64,000 bases of DNA from contig OZ024744.1 in the NCBI GenBank assembly GCA_964016885.1, forward strand, positions 105,710,001 to 105,774,000, in the 5' to 3' direction. Below the pieces are notes generated by a model. It did not search any database. It saw only the letters and a list, made by a program, of their open reading frames with translations, and was not told the DNA's origin. The position numbers and the translations under genes were made by a program. Origin of the DNA: Eledone cirrhosa. Lineage: Eukaryota. Positions 51,388 to 63,348 of the stretch are shown here, piece after piece (the stretch's first letter is position 1; the number at the start of each line of letters is the position of its first letter).

Positions 51388-51513
51388 GTATGTTGGATAA
51401 TTCTGTTTATACAAATATTGCCTCCTCCCCACTCTGTCGGATTGTCGACAAAACAATTGCCCTAGTGTTAATGATACGCTGGAAAACACCCAGTGGATTC
51501 TGAATAGTTGGCT

Positions 51514-52612
51514 TTGGTGCTACGATAAAATGTACCCTTCATACCCAGTAAAATGGTAACTGTGGTGTTACAATAAAATGTACCCTTTATACCCAGTAAA
51601 ATGTTAACTGTGGTGCTACGATAAAATGTACCCTTTATACCCAGTAAAATGGTAACTGTGGTGTTACAATAAAATGTACCCTTTATACCCAGTAAAATTG
51701 TAATTGTGGTGCTATAATAAAATGTACCCTTCAGACCCAGTAAAATGGTAACTGTGGTGCTATAATAAAATGTACCCTTTATACCCAATAAAATGGTAAC
51801 TGTGGTGCTACAATAAAATGTACCCTTTATACCCAGTAAAATGGTAACTGTGGTGCTACAATAAAATGTACCCTTCACACCCAGTAAAATGGTAATTGTG
51901 GTGCTACAATAAAATGTACCCTTCACACCCAGTAAAATGGTAACTGTGGTGCTACAATAAAATGTACCCTTTATACCCAGTAAAATGGTAACTGTGGTGC
52001 TACAATAAAATGTACCCTTCACACCCAGTAAAATGGTAACTGTGGTGCTATAATAAAATGTACCCTTTATACCCAATAAAATGGTAACTGTGGTGCTACA
52101 ATAAAATGTACCCTTTATACCCAGTAAAATGGTAACTGTGGTGCTACAATAAAATGTACCCTTCACACCCAGTAAAATGGTAACTGTGGTGCTATAATAA
52201 AATGTACCCTTTATACCCAATAAAATGGTAACTGTGGTGCTACAATAAAATGTACCCTTCACACCCAGTAAAATGGTATCTGTGGTGCTACAATAAAATG
52301 TACCCTTTATACCCAGTAACATGGTATCTGTGGTGCTACAATAAAATGTACCCTTCACACCCAGTAAAATGGTAATTGTGGTGCTACAATAAAATGTACC
52401 CTTCACACCCAGTAAAATGGTATCTGTGGTGCTACAATAAAATGTACCCTTTATACCCAGTAACATGGTATCTGTGGTGCTACAATAAAATGTACCCTTC
52501 ACACCCAGTAAAATGGTAATTGTGGTGCTACAATAAAATGTACCCTTCACACCCAGTAAAATGGTATCTGTGGTGCTACAATAAAATGTACCCTTTATAC
52601 CCAGTAACATGG
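51514..52612. repeat. 48-bp minisatellite (about 23 copies) derived from an RTE 3'UTR motif
   Basis: Unit TGGTGCTACAATAAAATGTACCCTT(CAC/TAT)ACCCAGTAAAATGGTAACTG. The array runs into GTATCCAGCTATAGAAATC. Confidence 0.93.
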
Positions 52613-52730
52613 TATCCAGCTATAGAAATCATGTCAAACAGGAATGTATGAGTTGGATGTGTTCATCTGACCTGTCTCAACTCCAAACATGAGAATCCTA
52701 CCTGGAAACTAAATGTAAAACAGTGGTTAA

Positions 52731-52893
52731 AACCAGCCATAACTTGCTACTCATACTGATATTAAGGTATTGATCTCAAAATAATGAATATCAAAATCTC
52801 ATAGATTCAATATTATGTAAGATAATTATGTGAGATAAAGCCTTTACTGTGAAAATACAATAGTAAATATAGAGTAATGTAAATGGTAAAGGG
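52731..52893 (-). mobile_element. piggyBac-type MITE family A, partial copy 6
   Basis: Interior matches copies 4 and 5; ends AAATGGTAAAGGG|TTAA. Confidence 0.8.
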
Positions 52894-53124
52894 TTAAAAC
52901 AGCAACAAGAACAACATATAAGATATAAATTGTGTAGAAATGTGCTAGAAAAATAAATTGTTATACATTGAATTAAGTGTTAGATTGAAAACAGTAAAGT
53001 AGTTAAGGAATGTGTCTATCATCTCATTGGTAATTGGCACAACTGCCATGGTAAATAACCACTTTATAAAGACATTGATAGATTAGCTCTGATGGTTAGA
53101 CATTGAACATGTTCTAGATAATGA

Positions 53125-54093
53125 TAATAATTGTTTCTACTTTAGGCACAAGGCCAGCAATTACCCATTACATTACTGGTACTTTATTTTATCGACCCCG
53201 TAAGGATTAAAGGCAAAGTTAACCTCGGCAGGATTTGAACTCAGACTGTAAAGGGAATGATAATAATAATAATAATTGTTTGTACTTTTGGTACAAGGCC
53301 AGCAATCATCCAGTGCATTACTGGTACTTTATTTTTTCGACCCCCGTAAGGATTAAAGGCAAAGTTAACCTCGGTGGGATTTGAACTCAGATCATAAAGG
53401 GAGGTAATTCTATGCTTCAAAGCATGGCGTCAAACCCTCTACCGATACTGCCAAATAATAATAATAATTGTTTCTACTTTTGGCTCAAGGCCATATAATA
53501 ATAATAATAATAATAATGGTTTCTTATATAGGCACAAGGCCAGTAATTAGGGGGGAGGGGGAAGTCGATTAAATCATTCACAGTGTATTACTGGTACTTT
53601 ATTTTATCGACGCCGTAAGGATGAAAGGCAAAGTTAACCTCGGTGGGATTTGAAGATCATAAAGGGCCGTAAATCTATGCTGCAAAGCATGGCGTCTGAC
53701 CCTCTACCGATACTGCCAATCCACCAAGATAATAATTATTTCTACTTTTGGCACAAGGCCAGCAATAACCCAGTGCATTACTGGTACTTTATTTTATCAA
53801 CCCCGTAAGGATAATAATAATTGTTTCTACTTTAGGCACAAGGCCAGCAATTAACCAGTACATTACTGGTACTTTATTTTATCGACCCCGTAAGGATGAA
53901 AGACAAAGTTAACCTCGGCGGGATTTGAACTCAGATCGTAAAGGGACGTAACTATGCTAGAAAGCATGGCGTCCAACCCTCTACCGATACTGCCAATCCA
54001 CCACCCTAAGGATAATAATAATTGTTTCTACTTTAAGCACAAGGCCAGCAATTACTCAGTGCATTACTGGTACTTTATTTTATCGACCCCGTA
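53125..54093 (-). mobile_element. Head-to-tail array of about 6-7 full and truncated family B SINEs
   Basis: AATAATTGTTTCTACTTT.GGCACAAGGCCAGC...CTGGTACTTTATTTTATCGACCCCGTA recurs, separated by (AAT)n. Confidence 0.88.
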
Positions 54094-54522
54094 GTAATAA
54101 TAATAATAGTTGGTCTGTAATGATATTAACATGTTCTAGATAATGATAATTATAGAATCTGTAATGATATTAACATTCTAGATAATAATAATAATAGTTG
54201 GTCTGTTAATGCTGTTAACTTTGGAATGAAAGACATTTTGACAGTTGGGAAATATGCCAATCTTTCTGTTTGGAAAGATACACAACTATGAAATAACAAA
54301 CAGGTTACCTATAAAGATGGACATAGGCATGTTTGAGAAAATACTACAACTAGGTTCTATAAATATATTTAGGACTTTTTCACACAGTAAGAATGGCTGC
54401 TCTTGATGTATTATTTCTCAAAACAGGAATAAAAATGCTAATTGATCTTGTTAGAAAAGACTCTAATACAATGTAATTGCTGCTAATCTAATACATGTTT
54501 TAAATGTGATATTGTGTTAAAG

Positions 54523-54711
54523 CTTGCAACTCAGCGGGGTTCCATCTTGGAAGATGCCATACCTTCATCTAGTCGTTTAAGTAGTTCAAGAGGAGTACCT
54601 TATAAAGATGTGTTGGAATATATACTGCCAGAAGTTAATCTTTCTTGTTTAAAACAAGCCATACCTGGTCAAAAAACTGCTGATCAACTGCTAAAATTGG
54701 ATGAACAAAGA
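54523..54711 (+). CDS. SIPA1L: Internal coding exon of the SIPA1L RapGAP gene
   Basis: AAG acceptor and AGA|GTAAGT donor. 189 nt, phase 0 to 0. Encodes LATQRGSILEDAIPSSSRLSSSRGVPYKDVLEYILPEVNLSCLKQAIPGQKTADQLLKLDEQR (cf. SIPA1L LRGSxLEDAxPS...RGLPLKEVLE..PELN..CLR...EQLxKLDEQ). Confidence 0.92.
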
Positions 54712-54780
54712 GTAAGTATTGATTTTATTGGTTGATTTAACCCTTTCATTACTCAACACAAGGAAGCTGTTAAAACAGCA

Positions 54781-55628
54781 GAGTATTTAAGTGTTTCTGT
54801 GATCTCTCATCCATTTTTCTTCCTTTTCTCCTTTCTCTCTATCACTTCTGCTGGCCAAAACACTTCTAGTCGTTGATTTCTATCCTTTGTGGTAAATTTT
54901 ACCTGGTGCTGCCATTGATGGCATTTTGCTGTTTTAACAGCTTCTTTGTACTATAAATTCTGATACACTCGCATCTCAAACTCAATATTTTTTAGATAAC
55001 TTTGTTTATATTTTTATCACAGCTATTGTAGCTTTCTATTTTGGTTGGATACCATCACTGGGGTTTGTTGGCTATTTCTCCCCTTTTCCTTTCTTCCTCC
55101 TTCTTTCATTCTTTCTCTCTTCCCTTCCTTTTACTACTTTTCTTTTCTTCTCCTTTCACCTACCTGCCGCTCCTACTCATCACTTCCGCTTACTACCACC
55201 TCCACACACAGAGCCTTCGTTGTTACCTTTTCTAAAAATGACCTGAGGCCGAGTGGACGCACTTTATCTTTCTCTCTCTCTGACCTGTCTGTTTGTCTAT
55301 CTAATCTGTTTGTTCCTCACACAAACATCATTCCAACAGAGATATTTATTTCTCATCAAAACCACAGGCGGTCTAAAAGCTGATGAGAGTATTTAAATGT
55401 TTGTGTGATCTTTTTTCATCTATTTTTCTCCTTTCTTCCTATCACTTCTGCTGGCCAAAACACTTCTAGCTGTTGATTTCTATCATTTGAGGTAAATTTT
55501 ACTCGATGCCGTCATTGACGGCATTTTGCTGTTTGAACAGCTTCTTTGCATTGAGTTCTTCCCATTATTCTATGAATTTTAATACACTCGCGCCTCCAAC
55601 TCTATATTCGGGATAACTTTGTTTATAA
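54781..55628. repeat. Unclassified element with about 240-bp direct repeats about 606 bp apart
   Basis: GAGTATTTAA.TGTTT.TGTGATC...ACTTCTGCTGGCCAAAACACTTCTAG...GATAACTTTGTTTATA at 54781-55010 and 55387-55628. Confidence 0.8.
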
Positions 55629-56286
55629 TAAATACCGTATTTGCTCCACTGAATTGATAAAAGGATTGTTGATATTTACTCTTAACTTACTGTAATAAGT
55701 TAGCAGAGATTATCTAAAAATGGGTTTGTTAATTCAAAAATTTTTGAAAAATATCTGAGAAATTAATAAAAAGAGAGGGGAAGACAATTATTTGAGGCCC
55801 GTGAGTATGTACCAGGTAAAATAAAAGTGTTTCAGTCTTGTTTGCTAAATTACATTCACAAGGCATTAGTTGACCCGAGGTTGTATTAGAAACTGTATGG
55901 TTGTGAAGCAAACTTCTTGTCCTCACACAAAGACTATAGGTATCAATGTGAAAAACTGAATCTGTGAAAGCAAGGGATTATCTGTATTGGTAAATAGTAC
56001 ATACAAGAATGTTTGGAAAGTGAATTAAATTAGTTTGCCATGAGGAAAAGAAGCAGAACATTTTAAGTAGATTCTGGAACATTAAACCTCTTTTTCTCAG
56101 CAAAATATTCTAGTTTGTACATATGTTGAAACAGGGCTTATTTTAGGTGACCTTGTAATGAACTAATTATAAATAGTTAAGGAAAATATAATTAGTAGTA
56201 AAAGAGAATACTCTGCATTTTAATTTTCCACTTAATGTATGATTATATTTAATCTTCTTTTTATTCTTATTTTTTCCATTTCTTAG

Positions 56287-56362
56287 ATTACTAAATCATA
56301 CAAAGTTGGGATTATGTACTGCAAAGCTGATCAATCCACTGAAGAAGAAATGTATAATAATG
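56287..56362 (+). CDS. SIPA1L: Internal coding exon of the SIPA1L RapGAP gene (start of the catalytic RapGAP domain)
   Basis: Pyrimidine tract + TAG acceptor and G|GTGAGA donor. 76 nt, phase 0 to 1. Encodes [25 protein letters not shown], the Rap[23 protein letters not shown] motif. Confidence 0.95.
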
Positions 56363-56454
56363 GTGAGATAATTATAATTAATTCATACTTTATTGTCTGA
56401 CTATTGATTTTATTTAACAATCCTTAAACATTTTTACTCTCACTCCATTTGTAT

Positions 56455-56715
56455 CTCACACCTACACACTTGTGCTGGTGTCTTCCCCACTCTTGGAAGA
56501 CCTCCTCCCAGTCCTTCTACAGACCCACCAGGAAATGCCTCCTTCAGCAATGCCTCCTGTGTTGACTTGAATCTAATTCCTCTATGTCTTTTAATGTGTG
56601 GGAACAGGAAGAAGTCACAAGGAGTCGGGGCTGTAGGGTGGATGTTGTACCACTTTCACTCTCCTGTTGGTCATCCAGGTGGTCATTGACTTATGACGTG
56701 AAGTATTGTCCTGGT
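56455..56715 (-). mobile_element. mariner fragment, same family as 37477-38418
   Basis: Reverse complement of about 38130-38390 (HQDNTSRHKS...HPPYSP region). Confidence 0.85.
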
Positions 56716-56789
56716 GGAAGGACATGTGCTTCCACTGGACACTCTGTCTTTTACTCTCAATAACATAGGTGAATACCCAACTATGCTGT

Positions 56790-56945
56790 TGATGTTATTG
56801 ACCAACAGGATGAAAACTTCTTCACCAATGGGATCCAAGTACTGCAACACCAATGGAAGAGATGTGTGGACCACAAGGAGGACTATATTGAAAAATAAAC
56901 CTCATTTGAGGTATCTTCATCAGCCTATGAACTTTTCAGCTGTCC
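56790..56945 (+). mobile_element. C-terminal remnant of another mariner element
   Basis: Translates GIQVLQHQWKRCVDHKEDYIEK*, similar to mariner GIxxLxxRWxKCVxxxGDYVEK. Confidence 0.6.
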
Positions 56946-57064
56946 TTCGTAATCCAATTCATCCTGGAAAATATTTTCTTTTTTATTTTGTTTATTTACT
57001 CAATAGTAATCAACTAATCAATCACATCAATAACCTTGTCTATATTTGAACTGACATCCACACA

Positions 57065-60000
57065 GGTCAGTCACACCTTGAGGTTGTCAGTCACACCTGG
57101 TGGTTGTCAGTTACACCTGGTGGTTGTCAGTTACACTTGGTGGTTGTCAGTCACACCAGGTGGTTGTCAGTCTCACATGGAGGTTGTCAGTCACACCTTG
57201 AGATTGTCTCACCTGGAGGTTGTCAGTCACACCTGGAGGTTGTCAGCCTCACCTTAAGGTTGTCAGTCACACCTTGAGGTTGTCAGTCTCACCTTGAGGT
57301 TGTCAGTCACACCTGGAGGTTGTCACACCTTGAGGTTGTCAGTCACACCTGGAGGTTGTCAGTCTAACCTTGAGGTTGTCAGTCTTACCTTGAGGTTGTC
57401 ACACCTGGAGGTTGTCAGTCTCACCTGGAGGTTGTCAGTCACACCTTGAGGTTGTCAGTCACACCTTGAGGTTGTCAGTCACACCTGGAGGTTGTCAGTC
57501 ACACCTGGAGGTTGTCAGTCTCACCTTGAGGTTGTCACACCTGGAGGTTGTCAGTCTCACCTGGTGGTTGTCAGTCACACTTTGAGGTTGTCAGTCACAC
57601 CTGGAGGTTGTCAGTCACACCTGGAGGTTGTCAGTCTCACCTTGAGGTTGTCACACCTGGAGGTTGTCAGTCTCACCTGGAGGTTGTCAGTCTCACCTGG
57701 AGGTTGTCAGTCTCACCTGGAGGTTGTCAGTCACACCTTGAGGTTGTCAGTCTCACCTTGAGGTTGTCAGTCACACCTGGAGGTTGTCAGTCTCACCTTG
57801 AAGTTGTCACACCTGGAGGTTGTCAGTCTCACCTGGAGGTTGTCAGTCTCACCTGGAGGTTGTCAGTCACACCTTGAGGTTGTCAGTCTCACCTTGAGGT
57901 TGTCAGTCTCACCTTGAGGTTGTCAGTCTCACCTTGAGGTTGTCACACCTGGAGGTTGTCAGTCACACCTTGAGGTTGTCAGTCACACCTGGAGGTTGTC
58001 AGTCACACCTTGAGGTTGTCAGTCACACCTTGAGGTTGTCAGTCTCACCTGGAGGTTGTCAGTCACACCTTGAGGTTGTCAGTCTCACCTGGAGGTTGTC
58101 AGTCTCACCTGGAGGTTGTCAGTCTCACCTTGAGGTTGTCAGTCACACCTTGAGGTTGTCAGTCACACCTTGAGGTTGTCAGTCACACCTTGAGGTTGTC
58201 AGTCACACCTTGAGGTTGTCAGTCACACCTTGAGGTTGTCAGTCACACCTTGAGGTTGTCAGTCACACCTTGAGGTTGTCAGTCTCACCTGGAGGTTGTC
58301 AGTCACACCTGGAGGTTGTCAGTCACACCTTGAGGTTGTCAGTCACACCTTGAGGTTGTCAGTCTCACCTGGAGGTTGTCAGTCTCACCTGGAGGTTGTC
58401 AGTCACACCTGGAGGTTGTCAGTCACACCTTGAGGTTGTCAGTCACACCTTGAGGTTGTCAGTCACACCTTGAGATTGTCAGTCTCACCTTGAGGTTGTC
58501 AGTCACACCTTGAGGTTGTCAGTCACACCTGGAGGTTGTCAGTCTCACCTTGAGGTTGTCAGTCACACCTGGAGGTTGTCAGTCTCACCTGGAGGTTGTC
58601 AGTCTCACCTTGAGGTTGTCAGTCTCACCTTGAGGTTGTCAGTCTCACCTTGAGGTTGTCAGTCTCACCTGAAGGTTGTCAGTCACACCTTGAGGTTGTC
58701 AGTCACACCTTGAGGTTGTCAGTCTCACCTTGAGGTTGTCAGTCACACCTGGAGGTTGTCACACCTTGAGGTTGTCAGTCACACCTGGAGGTTGTCAGTC
58801 TAACCTTGAGGTTGTCAGTCTTACCTTGAGGTTGTCACACCTGGAGGTTGTCAGTCTCACCTGGAGGTTGTCAGTCACACCTTGAGGTTGTCAGTCACAC
58901 CTTGAGGTTGTCAGTCACACCTGGAGGTTGTCAGTCACACCTGGAGGTTGTCAGTCTCACCTTGAGGTTGTCAGTCACACCTGAAGGTTGTCAGTCTCAC
59001 CTGGTGGTTGTCAGTCACACTTTGAGGTTGTCAGTCACACCTGGAGGTTGTCAGTCACACCTGGAGGTTGTCAGTCTCACCTTGAGGTTGTCACACCTGG
59101 AGGTTGTCAGTCTCACCTGGAGGTTGTCAGTCTCACCTGGAGGTTGTCAGTCACACCTTGAGGTTGTCAGTCTCACCTTGAGGTTGTCAGTCACACCTGG
59201 AGGTTGTCAGTCTCACCTTGAGGTTGTGAGTCACACCTGGAGGTTGTCAGTCTCACCTTGAGGTTGTCAGTCACACCTGAAGGTTGTCAGTCTCACCTGG
59301 AGGTTGTCAGTCACACCTTGAGGTTGTCAGTCTCACCTTGAGGTTGTCAGTCTCACCTGGAGGTTGTCAGTCACACCTTGAGGTTGTCAGTCTCACCTGG
59401 AGGTTGTCAGTCACACCTGGAGGTTGTCAGTCTCACCTTGAGGTTGTCACACCTGGAGGTTGTCAGTCTCACCTGGAGGTTGTCAGTCTCACCTGGAGGT
59501 TGTCAGTCACACCTTGAGGTTGTCAGTCTCACCTTGAGGTTGTCAGTCACACCTGGAGGTTGTCAGTCTCACCTTGAGGTTGTGAGTCACACCTGGAGGT
59601 TGTCAGTCTCACCTTGAGGTTGTCAGTCACACCTGAAGGTTGTCAGTCTCACCTGGAGGTTGTCAGTCACACCTTGAGGTTGTCAGTCTCACCTTGAGGT
59701 TGTCAGTCTCACCTGGAGGTTGTCAGTCACACCTTGAGGTTGTCAGTCTCACCTTGAGGTTGTCAGTCACACCTTGAGGTTGTCAGTCTCACCTTGAGGT
59801 TGTCAGTCACACCTGGAGGTTGTCAGTCACACCTGGAGGTTGTCAGTCTCACCTTGAGGTTGTCAGTCACACCTGGAGGTTGTCAGTCACACCTGGAGGT
59901 TGTCAGTCTCACCTTGAGGTTGTCACACCTGGAGGTTGTCAGTCTCACCTGGAGGTTGTCAGTCACACCTGGAGGTTGTCAGTCTCACCTTGAGGTTGTC

Positions 60001-63000
60001 AGTCACACCTGGAGGTTGTCAGTCACACCTGGAGGTTGTCAGTCTCACCTTGAGGTTGTCACACCTGGAGGTTGTCAGTCTCACCTGGAGGTTGTCAGTC
60101 TCACCTGGAGGTTGTCAGTCACACCTTGAGGTTGTCAGTCTCACCTTGAGGTTGTCAGTCTCACCTGGAGGTTGTCAGTCTCACCTTGAGGTTGTCAGTC
60201 TCACCTTGAGGTTGTCAGTCACACCTGGAGGTTGTCAGTCACACCTTGAGGTTGTCAGTCACACCTTGAGGTTGTCAGTCACACCTTGAGATTGTCAGTC
60301 TCACCTTGAGGTTGTCAGTCACACCTTGAGGTTGTCAGTCACACCTGGAGGTTGTCAGTCTCACCTTGAGGTTGTCAGTCACACCTGGAGGTTGTCAGTC
60401 TCACCTGGAGGTTGTCAGTCTCACCTTGAGGTTGTCAGTCTCACCTTGAGGTTGTCAGTCTCACCTTGAGGTTGTCAGTCTCACCTGAAGGTTGTCAGTC
60501 ACACCTTGAGGTTGTCAGTCACACCTTGAGGTTGTCAGTCTCACCTTGAGGTTGTCAGTCACACCTGGAGGTTGTCACACCTTGAGGTTGTCAGTCACAC
60601 CTGGAGGTTGTCAGTCTAACCTTGAGGTTGTCAGTCTTACCTTGAGGTTGTCACACCTGGAGGTTGTCAGTCTCACCTGGAGGTTGTCAGTCACACCTTG
60701 AGGTTGTCAGTCACACCTTGAGGTTGTCAGTCACACCTGGAGGTTGTCAGTCACACCTGGAGGTTGTCAGTCTCACCTTGAGGTTGTCAGTCACACCTGA
60801 AGGTTGTCAGTCTCACCTGGTGGTTGTCAGTCACACTTTGAGGTTGTCAGTCACACCTGGAGGTTGTCAGTCACACCTGGAGGTTGTCAGTCTCACCTTG
60901 AGGTTGTCACACCTGGAGGTTGTCAGTCTCACCTGGAGGTTGTCAGTCTCACGTGGAGGTTGTCAGTCACACCTTGAGGTTGTCAGTCTCACCTTGAGGT
61001 TGTCAGTCACACCTGGAGGTTGTCAGTCTCACCTTGAGGTTGTGAGTCACACCTGGAGGTTGTCAGTCTCACCTTGAGGTTGTCAGTCACACCTGAAGGT
61101 TGTCAGTCTCACCTGGAGGTTGTCAGTCACACCTTGAGGTTGTCAGTCTCACCTTGAGGTTGTCAGTCTCACCTGGAGGTTGTCAGTCACACCTTGAGGT
61201 TGTCAGTCTCACCTGGAGGTTGTCAGTCACACCTGGAGGTTGTCAGTCTCACCTTGAGGTTGTCACACCTGGAGGTTGTCAGTCTCACCTGGAGGTTGTC
61301 AGTCTCACCTGGAGGTTGTCAGTCACACCTTGAGGTTGTCAGTCTCACCTTGAGGTTGTCAGTCACACCTGGAGGTTGTCAGTCTCACCTTGAGGTTGTG
61401 AGTCACACCTGGAGGTTGTCAGTCTCACCTTGAGGTTGTCAGTCACACCTGAAGGTTGTCAGTCTCACCTGGAGGTTGTCAGTCACACCTTGAGGTTGTC
61501 AGTCTCACCTTGAGGTTGTCAGTCTCACCTGGAGGTTGTCAGTCACACCTTGAGGTTGTCAGTCTCACCTTGAGGTTGTCAGTCACACCTTGAGGTTGTC
61601 AGTCTCACCTTGAGGTTGTCAGTCACACCTGGAGGTTGTCAGTCACACCTGGAGGTTGTCAGTCTCACCTTGAGGTTGTCAGTCACACCTGGAGGTTGTC
61701 AGTCACACCTGGAGGTTGTCAGTCTCACCTTGAGGTTGTCACACCTGGAGGTTGTCAGTCTCACCTGGAGGTTGTCAGTCACACCTGGAGGTTGTCAGTC
61801 TCACCTTGAGGTTGTCAGTCACACCTGGAGGTTGTCAGTCACACCTGGAGGTTGTCAGTCTCACCTTGAGGTTGTCACACCTGGAGGTTGTCAGTCTCAC
61901 CTGGAGGTTGTCAGTCTCACCTGGAGGTTGTCAGTCACACCTTGAGGTTGTCAGTCTCACCTTGAGGTTGTCAGTCTCACCTGGAGGTTGTCAGTCTCAC
62001 CTTGAGGTTGTCAGTCTCACCTTGAGGTTGTCAGTCACACCTTGAGGTTGTCAGTCACACCTTGAGGTTGTCAGTCACACCTGGAAGTTGTCAGTCTCAC
62101 CTTGAGGTTGTCAGTCACACCTTGAGGTTGTCAGTCACACCTTGAGGTTGTCAGTCACACCTGGAGGTTGTCAGTCTCACCTTGAGGTTGTCAGTCACAC
62201 CTGGAGGTTGTCAGTCACACCTTGAGGTTGTCAGTCTCACCTGGAGGTTGTCAGTCACACCTTGAGGTTGTCAGTCTCACCTTGAGGTTGTCAGTCTCAC
62301 CTTGAGGTTGTCAGTCACACCTTGAGGTTGTCAGTCTCACCTTGAGGTTGTCAGTCACACCTTGAGGTTGTCAGTCTCACCTTGAGGTTGTCAGTCACAC
62401 CTTGAGGTTGTCAGTCACACCTGGAAGTTGTCAGTCTCACCTTGAGGTTGTCAGTCACACCTTGAGGTTGTCAGTCACACCTGGAGGTTGTCAGTCTCAC
62501 CTTGAGGTTGTCAGTCTCACCTTGAGGTTGTCAGTCTCACCTTGAGGTTGTCAGTCACACCTTGAGGTTGTCAGTCACACCTGGAGGTTGTCAGTCTCAC
62601 CTTGAGGTTGTCAGTCTCACCTTGAGGTTGTCAGTCTCACCTTGAGGTTGTCAGTCTCACCTGAAGGTTGTCAGTCTCACCTGAAGGTTGTCAGTCTCAC
62701 CTGGAGGTTGTCAGTCACACCTGGAGGTTGTCAGTCTCACCTTGAGGTTGTCAGTCTCACCTTGAGGTTGTCAGTCTCACCTTGAGGTTGTCAGTCACAA
62801 CTTGAGGTTGTCAGTCTCACCTTGAGGTTGTCAGTCACACCTTGAGGTTGTCAGTCACACCTTGAGGTTGTCACACCTTGAGGTTGTCAGTCTCACCTTG
62901 AGGTTGTCAGTCACACCTTGAGGTTGTCAGTCACACCTTGAGGTTGTCAGTCACACCTGGAGGTTGTCAGTCTCACCTTGAGGTTGTCAATCACACCTGG

Positions 63001-63080
63001 AGGTTGTCAGTCTCACCTTGAGGTTGTCAGTCACACCTGGAGGTTGTCAGTCTCACCTTGAGGTTGTCAATCACTCCTTG
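57065..63080. repeat. 20-bp satellite GAGGTTGTCAGTC(A/T)CACCT(T/G), about 6 kb, with a 1816-bp higher-order duplication
   Basis: Directly visible. Near-identical ORF pairs are offset by 1816 (58848/60664, 59284/61100, 59794/61610). Confidence 0.97.
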
Positions 63081-63348
63081 ACATGTGTGGTTGACAATTA
63101 AGTACCTTGTCTATATTTGGAATTGGGAAGTGTTTGTTGGTGTTGTTATTTCACTGCAAGTCAGCTTCAACCATAGACTTATGATCTAAAGACATTCCAG
63201 TAACGACCATTCTGTCATGAATAATGTGTTCTCAAATACAGTGCACGTAGGATTACATTATTTATGTGTACTTTTCAAGAGAAACTTGCTGCTATTTTTA
63301 GCAAGTCAAGTGACAACATTGCGACTGATTGAGATATGATTTATATGA

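Noticed and set aside
51468-52610. 380-aa repeat ORF on the minus strand
   Set aside because: 48-bp stop-free minisatellite, antisense within an intron.
55380-55400. CTGATGAGAGT as a possible hammerhead core
   Set aside because: No helix II closing onto GAAA was found downstream.
57036-62045. Many short SVTPGGCQSHLEVV ORFs
   Set aside because: Translation of the 20-bp satellite.
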